DNA of 64,000 nucleotides from Balanoglossus misakiensis (lineage: Eukaryota > Animalia > Hemichordata), in assembly GCA_040954595.2 (NCBI GenBank), contig CM082596.2, positions 3,403,025-3,467,024 of the forward strand. The letters run 5' to 3'. The translations under genes and the position numbers were made by a program. The notes beneath the pieces are model-generated. The model saw nothing but the letters and a program-made list of their open reading frames with translations. It was not told the origin of the DNA and did no database searches. Shown here piece by piece: positions 23,254 to 36,200 of this stretch; the first letter of the stretch is position 1, and every line of letters begins with the position of its first letter.

Positions 23254-26200
23254 CTGCCACTTCCTCCTGGCATTGAATGACTTCAGTTTCTCTGTACTCA
23301 GTTTTGCTCCCTCACCACGGTTGTCAGCAAGCTGAAGTTAAAACAAGAGAAGACTTAGTCAATTAACCCTTTCATCACCATTGGACGGTCCAAATCCACT
23401 GTTTTCTATGATATTGATCTCTACAGATCCAATATCACATTTTCTCTTCTTTGAAAACCAAATAAATGATACCTGTCTATTCAAAAATAGGGAAGTTAAA
23501 TTGCATGCAGCTCACACACGGAAACCCTCATCTGTGCATACCTTGCATATCTAACAAACCGATATTTCTCTAGATACTGGTATGACGCTAGAACTCTGTT
23601 ATTTAAAAATCATGCATGATTAATTGGTGTTATTTTCCTACAGAAATGTCAAATTAGGGAAGTTGTGTTTCAATTAGTTCCTCTCTTAGATGGAGTCACT
23701 GGAGAAGATAACCTCAGCCATGCAATGATCATAAACATGAGGCTTTTGCAGAACTGTATCTCTATGTAAATACTCACCTCTAGCCATGGATGGTCTAAGC
23801 ATTCTTGGGTTGTCATACGATTGCTGTACAGGAAATGAAAGAAATCACTGTTATACCAAACGCAATAACAGAAATTTTTTAAACCTACATATAAATAAAT
23901 CTAACACGTCACAATGTTTGTATCAGTGTCAGCTTTGCATATTTTCTCCAATGATTCAAAGGATATGTTTTCATAAATTGGTTTATAAATGTGATTATAG
24001 GCAAAGCATCAATCACCATGTTTTCTGCTAAACGTTGCAGAAGTAGACATTTCTGAGTGACCTGATAAGTGGTTTGACCTTTTTTTAGTTTCACACACTC
24101 TACGTGGCAAGAGGTAGTAATTTAAATGAAGTACCGGTATATCCAACAAAAACCCTGACAGATCTATTTAAATTGGGCAGCCTCCATCTACTCAATTAAA
24201 CAACTGGCATTTAGTTAATTGGTTGATCAGACAGTATGGCTCTGGTGAATTTCACAGAATTGGCCAAGTTTTGCAACTGAAACATTCAGTTTGGGCAGCC
24301 TGGACACATACATACATTCCAGGACTTAATTTTCCGGAAGCATATTGAACCCTACTTTTCCCCAATAACAAGGATGCACTTACTTCGGATTCAGGAGTAA
24401 TAATCTTGAAATAAAATCTTTGGCTTCTTCTGTGACGGTGTTGAAGACTGTATCTTCGAAATTCCAATGTCCGTTCTTCACACGTGTCAGAGTCTGTTTG
24501 TCATCTTCACCCATGAACGGAGAGATGCCACTTAACCTGGATGAGAGATAAAAAAGAATTTAAACCACCTGTTAATCAGAGGTTTTTGGTTAAAATCACT
24601 CACAACCAGTGAATACAAAATGTGGTTTGAACTTACATGACATATGCAATGACTCCCAAACTCCACAGATCAGAAGCCGTGGATATTGGTTTCTTCTCGA
24701 CAACTTCAGGAGCCACAAACTCGGGTGTGCCAAACTTGATGAAGTTATCTTTGTCGGGTTGCAGTTTTCTCGCAAGACCAAAGTCTATTAACTTGATGTT
24801 GTCGTCATTTGGTTTGACCAGGAGGATGTTTTCCGGCTGTAAATGTGAACACAGATAGAATGCATGACAATATGGACAAGCTGCTTGTGAGAAATTAAAT
24901 TAAATTGAGAAAACTAATGTTGATCCCTCAGTCGCCTCTTTTATGTTCTTGTGGTGATCTACTGTCATACAGACAGTAGTGTATGTGTAACAGGAGAACA
25001 CAGTAGAGTGTGGAAATGAGTTATGCCTGCCAGTTGTACAATTCTTGTCGCCAGATCCGAAATACGAGGACACAACAATACAGACGATGTCAACTGCACA
25101 GACAGACTCGGCTGACTTCAGTTGGTCTGCTGTATTGTTGTGTGACCTGTGGGCAGAACATAATTAACCACCGACTAGATTTCAGCCGGTGTGTTTGTAT
25201 GCATGTCAGTGAAGCAGAAAATCTTATTTTGCAGTTCTGCAAAGGCTTCAATAGACTGTAAAAGACTTGAAAATAAAGAACAGTGCATTCACACTTGAAA
25301 TTTGCAAGAGACAAGACGCAGATTGCAATCTCAACAAATAACCTTAATTTGTGTTTGACTGAAGCCCATCCATATTAGGACTGGATAAAATAAATATCTC
25401 TTTGAGTTCACCTTGAACATAGAAATGTCTGCAGTGACATTGTCATAGTCCTAACTTATGGACCAGGGCCTTGATCTGATCGCTTATCAATCTATAATCG
25501 TTCACTGTTTGATCATTCAATATCATCACCTGATTTATGATCTAAATCATGTGCATTTTGAACTTATCAACAATTTATTTTATTCAACACAATGGGACAA
25601 ACTGACTTGCAAGAAACAAACATTGGTTAAACCGCAGTCGTGAATTCACAGTGGGTTTAATCGGCAAAGGTTGGAATCATAAAAGCTCTGACAATTAATT
25701 GTTTGTTGCTGTACACCGCCTCTACTTGTGTATAACTGCCCAACAACAGACTGACCTTATTTGCTTGGCTACTGAATACAGAGTGCATGTATTGTTGATT
25801 GGTGCTTGTAGGGGAACAGGCGAAATGAACAAAACCATGTACATGTCGTGTGAATTATTTGAACATGGTGTGTTGATGGTCTTTTTGATCTATTTGCTTA
25901 AGACACACACCAGCTGCATTATATTATAAGTGACCACTTTATTTGTGGCAACAATTCGACCTTAAAATTCTCATTGCATGGCCCAGGGACTAACCCATGG
26001 GTTATGTTCTAAGCTAACAATACAACCATCTCAGTCAAGTGTCTGGTAACCTATCTTGTAAAGGAAACCATGTAATTATTTGCCAAGGCTATTTTGAAGA
26101 CTTGACCATATATCTTTATAGCTGTACACACAACCATTATTCTTGTACAAAACAGTCCCCACGGGCTAGTAATAAACAAAGGGGAAAACTCGGTGTTTTT

Positions 26201-29200
26201 CAAACCTCTAATGGTATGGAAACTCCTTGCAGTTTGAAGGACAATCGATACAAAACAATGTATAGGAACCGATTGTTCTGGGATGAAAGACCAAGTTTCC
26301 CTTAACTTTTACAACCTCTTAATCTGTCAGACATGTGCTTTCTTTTCAAAGTAATACCAGACTTTGGAGGGCATTTTCTCGGATTTAACGATTATCAGCA
26401 CAAATCCCAATCTAATAGATTCATTGATTCTCCATTGCTACACAAAGTCATTTCTTAAGAAGGCTTTGACTACACTGTTGAGGCAGAAGTATTAGCCCAG
26501 AGTACCTAGAGTATGTTCCTGTGGAAAAGAATTAAAAGTCCCCCATCGGCAAAATTTAACAAAACATACGTAAACCTATCGATATACAGGTAATTCTGAT
26601 GTCACCTAACTACTCAGGCAGCAGCTAGCCTATATAAATTAGCACATATAAACTGGTCCGGCAGTTTTGCACGTTGCAGAACATTTTTGCAGAACAGCGA
26701 TAAAACTTGCATTTCAGAATACCACAGCTGTCAAGAAGTATTGACTGTGCTGTAATTGGTACTTTGACACACAAGACACCATTATACTGACTTATTGATT
26801 TCTAAGTAAACCAGCACACTTACGACTATCTTACTTTACTTACCTTCAGATCTAGATGTACTATACGCCTCTCATGCATATGCTGCAGGCCTTCCAGAAC
26901 CTGCCGCAGAAAATAAACAGCTTCGCTCTCGGTCAGACAGTCCTCGGTCACAATCTTGTCGAACAGCTCCCCGCCGGTGACACTGTGTTAGGGTTTTAGA
27001 GTTAAGGTAGAAACAGCATGTGTGTACGCACATGGCATTATCATGCAAATGATTTGGTTCAGGAGTGTGCATGATTGACAGATGTGGAGGAGTTGGAAAA
27101 CAAATTCCGATCCTCGCGGGAGAAATGCATGAAATCACGAACGACCTCACTCGCAACTTTCACCCCACCTTTGTGCCCTCAAAGTACTTTTTTGAATATG
27201 GGGGATTACGGTTACCTGCCTTGAAGACCTGGGATAATATTTGCTCAGTTTATAATGATCAAGGGGTGCCTTGAAAGAGAATCAGACGTGTGTGGAGGAA
27301 TTTCCTGCAGACTGTTTGCAACTGCTAAACGTGTAATTGGTTTTTAAGTATAGTATAGTATAGTTGACAAGCGCACCTACACACATTGTCTCGCATCAAT
27401 TTGTAATACAGCAATTAGATTAATATGTAATTACCTGAAATTTATGTGTTAGTCCCCCACCCACCATTTTGCACCGTTCTTCCTAACTGCACTATTATAT
27501 GTGATTTGCAAATTAGATATGTAAACTCTTGCCATATAATTTCATAATTAGGATAAATGTCAGTTTGAAAGTAGATTCATATCTATTAATAGATCTATTG
27601 AAAACACAGAGTGCATGAGAGCAAATATTGAAACCATTAAAATCACAGGTCTAAATCTCATTATGAGTATAGGGGTTACTTTTTTAAATGGAAAAGTTGA
27701 ATAATTCAATTATAAACCACTCTCATTTAGTAAATTCATAAACAATCTGGTATTAAATGTAAACTAGAAACATATAGGAAAACTTTTCTGAATATGGCCA
27801 CACCTTATGTTTTAATCAGCAGAGGCCTTCGGGATCAAGCTAACAATCACACATAATGTCTGCCATAAATGTGTATGATAATAACTTAATTATGTTATAC
27901 ATATTAAAATGTCACTTGAGCAATTTATGATTGGGGTAGAATTAGCCAATATATTCCAGATGTCAACTTTAAAGAGATTGGACTTGAAATGAGCAGTCTA
28001 CTTGGAAGTGAAGTAAAATTAACCTGTCAATCACAACACGTGATGATACAGTTATGATTATATCTATCACACTTCAGTAAACTTGAAACAGCACTGAGAT
28101 ATTTGATCATACTCTGAACTTTTTAGTGTAATACTATCAAGATTTGATCCCATACACGTACTATTGATGGTTAAGTATTTCAGTTTAAGGTCTGTATTGT
28201 CTCATGGTAGAAAACACTGCTGTATAGTTACCTGTCCAACAGACACTTGAAGTCTGATCCCTGCACAGGTAATAGAGGTCTAAGGGTGAACAGATGCACT
28301 CCAGATTGGTTGACCTATCCTTGCAATTCACCTACAAACTGGGCCTTTCAAGCTTTAACCATCTATGCCAGCCACCCAACATACACCATTCCCAATGTGA
28401 TGTTCAAGTTAAAGGTGCCCCCCTGGAGATCAAGACAGTTATTTTCCTGTACAAAGTTCACCCCAAACTCAAGTGTGTGCAAACACAGCAACAGAACTAT
28501 GTCCACCATTTCAATTCAAGTGTCTCACACATGTGTGACAATGTCTCGATATTGATACCAAGGGGCTGGCCGTCCATTCATAACGCAAGTTGGTTAATTA
28601 GCATATCCAAATTAATCAGTTCTGTGTTAGCATTCCAGTGTCTGAAAACACTCAAGTGGGCTGCAAACACACAAGGTGTACTTATCTGATAAACTGTGGT
28701 CCATTTAATATTCAATGGTGTTTGCTCTGCGATCGCAATCATTAAATAATAATTTCAACATGTTGACATCCATCTTATTTGATTACAAGACTAGATTACG
28801 GAATCTGATTTGGTGATACTTGGGGGCAGGTAGATTTCTGTGAAGGTGATTGGACTGGCCCTAAGATATGTAATGCTGATGTTACATTACAGCATATGCA
28901 ACAAAATCGATTGAGAATTCTCCAGTTGTTAAAAATCAGTTGACACAAGGTCTTGAAGTCAGGCTATAGATATTCGCTTTGGCTGGAATTTTACGGTTCA
29001 ATGCAACATATTTTTCATTGAACACTTACATCACCCCGGTGCAATAGAATGGTCCTTTTGTTCCTAATGGTAAGAAAGGGCCATACCACCAAATTAGTGA
29101 GGGAGGATTGATTTATGACACTATCAATGTAAATGTAATAATACAGGGTAAAGTACGGTTCTCCAGACAAGTGGAATGGTGTTCATTTTGTTCTGGTGTA

Positions 29201-30171
29201 ATGTGCACCTCTACTTTACGCAAGTTAGAATTGGCCAAAGACCAGGTGTGGCTAGAATGATAAAGGCAAAATCATGACCCCTGATTGGTCAACGGCCATT
29301 AGAACAGTGACTAATAATAATATGCAAACAAAAGGATACAGTTCCATGACCATGATAAGTTCTCTCTTGGTTTCAAAAGCGTCCAACAGTTTAATGAGTC
29401 TCAGATGATCCAACTGGGCCATGATTTGCATTTCTTGTTTGGCTTCCCGTCTGGCTTGCGGTTTGGCGTGGATGAATTTGGCTGCGGCATCTTGTCCATC
29501 CTTTCTGGTGATGACACGCTTGACCACACCAAAGGCACCCCTGGAAACATAGTGTTACGAAAACAGTAATGAATTATGTCGAGAACACTTTGGTCTGAAT
29601 TACCTGTGAAAGAGAGCTGAGTGCCACTTTCTTTAAGAGGCTGTTTGTGTGACCTTTTCATGACCTTACATACTTGCGTCAAAAGTCAACCAGACGACAC
29701 TAATGAGTTCTTATATAACGCAAGTAATTGTGCTCTAGGCGTTTTACAACCGTCCTATTTAAATTGTGTTTATACTTATTAGTTCAGAATCTAAGTTCTC
29801 CATTTTTCTTGGCTATAAAAGCAAGAAAACTTGATAGTGAAGATACAACATACCAAAGAAAATGTCATGTAAGGTCATGTAAGGTCATCAAAGAGCCTAT
29901 TGTGGAAGACATGCAATGCTGGTGAGAATTTGGACATAAATATAACCTCACCACAAACTCAACCTTTTTATCTAAATAGTTCTTGGAACCTGAGGACAAT
30001 TGCACAGTGTCACAATATCTGTTTTCTTACGAATTGATCCACAAAATAACAATGAAGTTTCTTATTCTCCTCACCTTCCAAGCTCTTCCCTGATTTCATA
30101 ATGGTCTTCCATTTTCTCCTTTCTCTTGAACTTGATTTTCCTGGTTTTGACATCTTCCTCAGAACTGGGAT
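23254..30171 (-). CDS. Kinase 2 (SPEG/obscurin SK1 position, MLCK/DAPK-family) with autoinhibitory/CaM-binding tail
   Basis: Exons 30171-30075, 29540-29340, 26982-26844, 24836-24637, 24536-24384, 23823-23778, 23331-23254. Motifs: ELGRGAFGVV, AAKFI, MELVTGGELF, HLDLKPEN, DFGLA, FGTPEFVAPE, DLWSLG, LSGISPF, RMTTQECLDHPWL, KLSTEKLKSFNARRKWQ. Confidence 0.93.
23363..23498 (+). mobile_element. Dispersed MITE-like repeat, copy 1
   Basis: TTAACCCTTTCATCACCATTGGACGGTCCAAATCCACTGTTTTCTA aligns with 44237 TTGAACCTTTCACCACCATGGGTTGGTCCAAATCAATTGTTTTCTA. It ends ...GGGAAGTTAA, weakly complementary to its start. Confidence 0.5.
25370..25379. promoter_or_regulatory. CArG box (SRF site) CCATATTAGG in a kinase-2 intron
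   Basis: Exact CC(A/T)6GG match in an intron of a muscle gene; function not shown. Confidence 0.3.
26983..29339 (-). other. U12-type (minor spliceosome) GT-AG intron in kinase 2
   Basis: Donor GAACT|GTATCCTTTT. Branch site TACCTTAAC (27009-27001) lies ~20 nt before the acceptor CAG|TGTCACC, with no polypyrimidine tract. Splicing restores MELVTGGELF. Confidence 0.9.
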
Positions 30172-30272
30172 CTAAAAGAACACATGGTTCAATAAATCAT
30201 GCAGATTTCATTTATGTTTTATCAGAAATCGTGACATTACTTGCAGGCCAAAATACATTTTGAGTGACTTAC

Positions 30273-33200
30273 CCTCCACCATGATGATACACGAAGAACA
30301 ACACTCCCCAGCGATGTTCTTCGCTTTAATCATGTACTCTCCTGTGTCGTCCACTGTCATCTCCACAAACGCCAACCCGCAGACATCTTCTCCTTCAAAT
30401 ACAACTTGCACATTGGCAGTCTCTTCCACAAACATGTCATCTTTGTACCAGAAGATGTCGGGCTCCGGGATTCCACCGACCCTACACTCAATTCTGAATG
30501 GCTGCCCGGCTTTCACGGTTTGGTCTTCCAGATCTGTCAGGAACTTAGAAGGTTCTGTGAAGACAAAACGCATTTTATTAAACGTGCCTGAGAGTATAAG
30601 GCTGAATAATGTAAAGCTGGTTGTTATGACAACATATTTGTGATCGATGGCTGTGATGTATACAAGACCTTACCTGCTAAGTCCAGAAAGACAGCGATTC
30701 TCGAACTTCCCACTTCATTGGTTGCCACGCACTCATATTCACCAATGTCTTCCGCCGTCACTTCCTCAATCTGTAGACTACACACGCCGTTGGAAGTAAC
30801 GGAATGCTGATATCGTCCATCGTTGGGAATGATTTGACCGTCATGGATCCAGCTGACTTCCGGGATGGGTTCCACACTGACACTGCAGTGCAGGATTGCT
30901 GTCTCATCCGATTGGACGTAAACTTCTTCCGGTGTGCCAATAAAACATGGCAGTCCCTCTATTGAAGGTGCTGCACAGAGGAGGAAGTGTGAAAACAAGT
31001 TTAGAAACTCACTTTCTACTTTGCTCAGTTTATCATGACTGAACATATTCTCTCTTCAGAAACATCAGTTATCATTTTACCACCCTGGTATGTTTGCATA
31101 ATCCCACCATTCAAAAGATTGATGTTTAGTGTGTTCGTTACTGGTAATATTTGACTTTGTTGGTTAAAAGTAAAAGGTGAGATTACCTCGTCTCTGTTTG
31201 TGTAAAAGATCTTTTCTTGTTGATTCATCTGGAATAGAAATCACAGGAAAATGATAAGAAATAAATTTAAAGTTCACAAAGTAAGTGAAATTATAAAATA
31301 AAATGCTAATTATGTTAAACAAACCTAATGCTTGTGTGACGACCACTTCTGATACATGGCTGGGCTCACTAACACCAAATGCATTCTCTGCCCTGACTTG
31401 GAATTCATATTCTGTGCTGGGAAGCAGACTCTCCACCAGCAAGCCTGTGTCTGGGATGCCAGCGCCAACACAGAACCATTCATCGGCTGGTAGTTCCCGG
31501 AGTTCAACTATGTAAGTGACTGGACTGGCTGCTGCTTCTTGCAGACACGCTGCCCAGGAGAGGATGATGGTTGTCGGGGTGACGTCGGAGATTTCCGGTG
31601 GTCTCTCAGGTGGGGATGGAATGCCTGGAAGAAGTTGATATGAAATTATGGACTACTGCACTTTTAAGGGGATGCAGATGGTTGCTTTTCCCAGCCTACA
31701 CTCTACCAATCAGTGGAGGGTTAGGATAAATATCATGTGGGTAAAAGTCTAGGGGCTAACTGTCATGACACTCTGTAAAGTAGTTCACTTACATGAAATA
31801 TGTAAGTCTAAAATCCTCTTTGAAAACTGGTACAATGGACTTACAAAAAGTGACTATATTCCATACCTGTTGGTGATATATCTTGACCTTCTTCTCCTTT
31901 TTCTCTTGAATCTAAAAGAAGTAATTAACAGCAGCCATTTATATTCTGTGTTGCTCACACTTTCTATAAACGAGATATCTTTCAAGATTTCTGCATGCAA
32001 TATATTAACTTTAATTGATCTTGTAATTTTATCATGTACAGAACCGCTCACCTGCTGGCAGTACTGTCAGGATAGCTGTGCTTGTGGTTTTCCCTGTTGA
32101 GCTCTCGGCTATACATTTGTATTCCCCTACATCAGAACTACTAACAGAGTCAAACACAATGCTACAGCTGCCATCGGGTAAATATTGCAACTTGCGACTC
32201 TCGTCACTTTCAAGTTCACGGCCACTGCACTGCCAGCTGACGCTCGGTTCCGGCAGACCAGTGACTTTGCATTCCAAGGTGACACGGCTCCCCTCGAAGA
32301 CTGTGATGTCCTGAAGTTCATGGATGAAAGACGGTGGGAAACCCTTGGAGCGCGACTTGCGAGAGGAGTATGACTTTGAACTCTGCTCATCGACGAAGAG
32401 CTCCGCGCTCCACGAAGTTTCGCCGGCCGAGTTCACAGCTTTGCAGGTGTACTCCCCTTCATCCTCAGGGAAGGCTTCTACAATATGCAGCGTGTACTTC
32501 AGTCCATCTTGGATGAATTTAAAATCAGACGTCTCCTTGATCGCTTTTCTCTGATAGTACCACGTGACTTCAGGCGTCGGCGTCCCAACGATCGTGCATT
32601 CAAACTTGACATCATTTCCCTCAACCACATCACAGTCGGTAAAGGATTGCAGGAATTTGGGTGGCGACGGTTCGTAGGTGGGCGGTCTGGACTCCTCGAT
32701 GATAGTGACTCTAGCACTACAGGAATGTGTTTCGCCGTGCATGTTGGTCAGTTTACACACATACACTCCGCTGTCCTCCGGAAGCGCCTTGACCCGCGTA
32801 AATGTCGCTCGCTCGCCGTCGAACATCATACGGATGCCCATCGCCGGCTGGATCACCCTGCCATTAAGCAACCACATCACGTCTGGCTCAGGGTAACCAC
32901 TGACAGTGCATTCTAGTGAGATTTCACTTCCTTCAACCAGTGTCAAGTCTTGCAGTGTAGACATGAAACTAGGCGGGCTTGGCTCAGGTGGTACTTCAAC
33001 TTTTTCTACAGAAGATAAAAAATGTTGTTTCCCAACCATTAATGTAACACCTACACATAGCAGATAGAATATTATCATTTATTCAGAATAGTCAATTTAA
33101 AAGTTCAATATAAACTCAAACATTAACAGAATGTTCATATAGGCAAACTTACCACAAATATATCAATGGAGTCAACTTTTCAATTCCAAAGCAGCATTAA

Positions 33201-36200
33201 AAGATATTTTCAAATTTCATGATTAAAATACATGTATAAAACAGAATTCAACTTTTGACTAAGAGTCAGTTTAAAATTCCAATTTCGAAATAGAATATCA
33301 GAGCAAGAATGGACCCAAGCAACACAAAAGCAGGGACTCAAAGAGGAATAAAAACACAGAGGGCGCTTGTAACAGTCTCTGAGCACAGTGCATGGTCACG
33401 TACAACACCATAAGTTTTAAATAACTTCGATTTTTCTACTGTATGTCTCACACTGAAGTTGGTATCAACAATATTTTGCTGCAAACAACACTTATAGCTG
33501 ACTAGTAGGGTTCAAAAGCTGTGATCACTTCAAATTGCAGGTCACACAAAGCAATTTTTGGGACTATTTCGGATCAACAAGTCAAAATTCCACGAGCAAC
33601 ATGTGGTTAACTTTTTCAAGGATTAAAGTGTGTCATCGATTTGTCACGAACAAAATCAAATTCTTCAATGACTGTCAAGTTCACATATCAATGTCAAGGA
33701 CTTGTTGTCACATTGCGAACTCTGTACCATGTTTTCCAGTTTCATTGTAACTTCACTGGACCGTACATAGTCAAAGAAATACTCCTACCTTTGACTTCAA
33801 GAGTCGCAGAACACGTCACCTTGCCGACAAAGTTGGCAGCACTACATGAATATTCTCCGTTGTCGTGTAAAGTTGTCTGTGGTATAACCATGGCACATAC
33901 ACCGTTATCATCTGTGAAGAACCTGTGGTGTCCGCCATAGATGGACAGTGCATGACCATCTTTATACCTGAAGGAAATAAAATAATAATATACATGTACT
34001 TCTATGAATCCTTAACTTGCATCTCTTCATTTGTCACCTGTAAACTATGATAAAAATGTAAACAATAAAATTTGCTTATTTTTCAGTTTTTCATCCATCT
34101 TAACTACCAGCTTTGACCAAAAGTGACAGTTTTGTCAAATGAATTATTCTACATATTCTAAGGATTTTCAGTTGCGTCAGTCAGTCTGCCAAGAGATGCG
34201 ATTACTCAAAGTCTTTGACACAAAACATTCCAAAACCCCAGAGATCACTTGGAAAAAGGAAATTCTAGTCTTTGAAGAGACGATCTTTCTGAGCACAGTT
34301 GGTAAAATCTGTAAGCTTCCCGTGGCAACCTCTAATGGATGATCATAACAGTTTTGTTTCCAATTAGCCGAGAAAAAAAAGGCCCTCAAGTCTTTCTTGA
34401 TTGGCTTTCTGTCACAGTTGAGGGCAGGGGTGAAAAGATGGGTCACAGAGTCGGGCCTGGGGTTCCGTGGCAACATCTGTCAGCAATGATGGAACTGAAG
34501 AGGCAGGACATTTTATATTGAAATGAAATTGAGAGAGCCCTAGTTATCAGGCAGGGCTTGTGATGCCATGGCGAGTTTGTAGAATGTGAGAATCTGTTGA
34601 CAAGGAGATGAAATACGAGGAGACGACATTTTGTACTTGGATGGTGGTCAGCTTTGTACATTGTCATGGAGCCACCCAGAGAATAAGAGCAAAAGAAAAA
34701 AAAAGAAGTAAGGCCAGTGAGTCTGCAGCTGTTTAATACTGACACATTCTTGAGAGGGAGAAACAGTATTTTCAATGTCATATGGGGGTCTCTTTAAGCC
34801 AGTCAGAACATCTTTTATATCTGGCATGGGCAATAAGCAAATCAGAGAGTATGTACTTACCACGTGATATCTGGCATGGGGTTTCCAGTTACTTTGCAGT
34901 CGAATCTCACCAGATCACCTTCAACAACTTCGGCAGACTTCATTTTCTTTGTAAATTCAGGAGCCACGTCCTCTGTATCTGTCGCATCAGAATCATCATC
35001 TACTTGTACTCTCAGTGTCTCTGTCTCAGATTCTGTCGATTCACCTGTTGTCAACAGTTCAACTGGCGTCCTGTACTCCTCGTCTGTCATGGCTGAAAGA
35101 GTTTCCCCAAAAAACATTTCACTCTGTTACTGATGATAATATAACTGTGAAAACAATTCAAGTCATTTGTAAATATATCATTAATGAAAAACAAATATTG
35201 CATTCTGCATCTGGTCAGTTTTCTTCAGAATGAGATTCAGAAACTTTATCACACACAAGTTTCAGAATTTTCAAATTGAAAGTTTTCTGAGGTGACACAT
35301 ACAATCATGGCACATGGGCAGGGCTGTTGAAACCATTTACTATCACAACAGTTTTCACAGATAAAGCTGACAAGTATGAATTTATTGGTTGTAAAGTCTG
35401 GTATTCCAGGTCAAAGAGGGAGGGCGACATCACTGATGGATGTAACAGACAGACTGACACAGATTGAGCGCGTACACCCACCCAAGCTCTCCACAGATAA
35501 CAGAGTGAAATTTATTACAAACACGGCTGGCAATGATCTCTCCCTTTATCTTGAGTTAGATAGTGGTAATAAATGGAAGGGGTTGTGTGAGTCAGATTGC
35601 TATCAGAAGTTACTGCGGTAACAGTAGCTATGGCAACTTTGGAGTTTGCAATAATGAAAAGGCTCTGTTAAACCACAGACCCTTGTAGGTCTATAAGCTT
35701 ACATAGATATGAACAGATTTAATTTATAGTATAAATTATTTTGGGTTAATCTTCTACATCATTCTTAACTGTTAAGAGTTTCTGTAGATTGAACATCTTC
35801 ATGCATAAGTGTATACTTAATTTTGGGGAAATGCATTTCATATTTTGTGAAATTTAACTGATAAAAGTGAATGTAAAACTGATCGCTGCCATTACATTGC
35901 CTAGCAACAGCTTGAAGGTCAGAGTTTAGACTACAAGAATGTCATGGTACAACTCCGTGTAGTCATTTAGGCAGGTCACACTGACATGATATTTAATCAT
36001 GCATGGAGGCATCAGTCTGCATTAATCATTCAGCTTGTCATGTTCGTCTCACTAGTATGTTGTCATCTTCTCAAATTATCACAGGTGTCATATTGTACTG
36101 ACGCAAATTAAAAGTGCTTACGTCTTTTTGGATTGTGTTTTGTACAAAGCTTCGAGCAAAGTCCTCGGCTGTGCAATATAAAGTTACCTCTATCTTCATC

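Noticed and set aside
32032-33078. Signal-peptide-like N-terminus of the 348-aa Ig ORF (secreted Ig protein) and its antisense ORFs
   Set aside because: The hydrophobic start is intron sequence upstream of the acceptor at 33005; the antisense ORFs are shadows of the coding exon.
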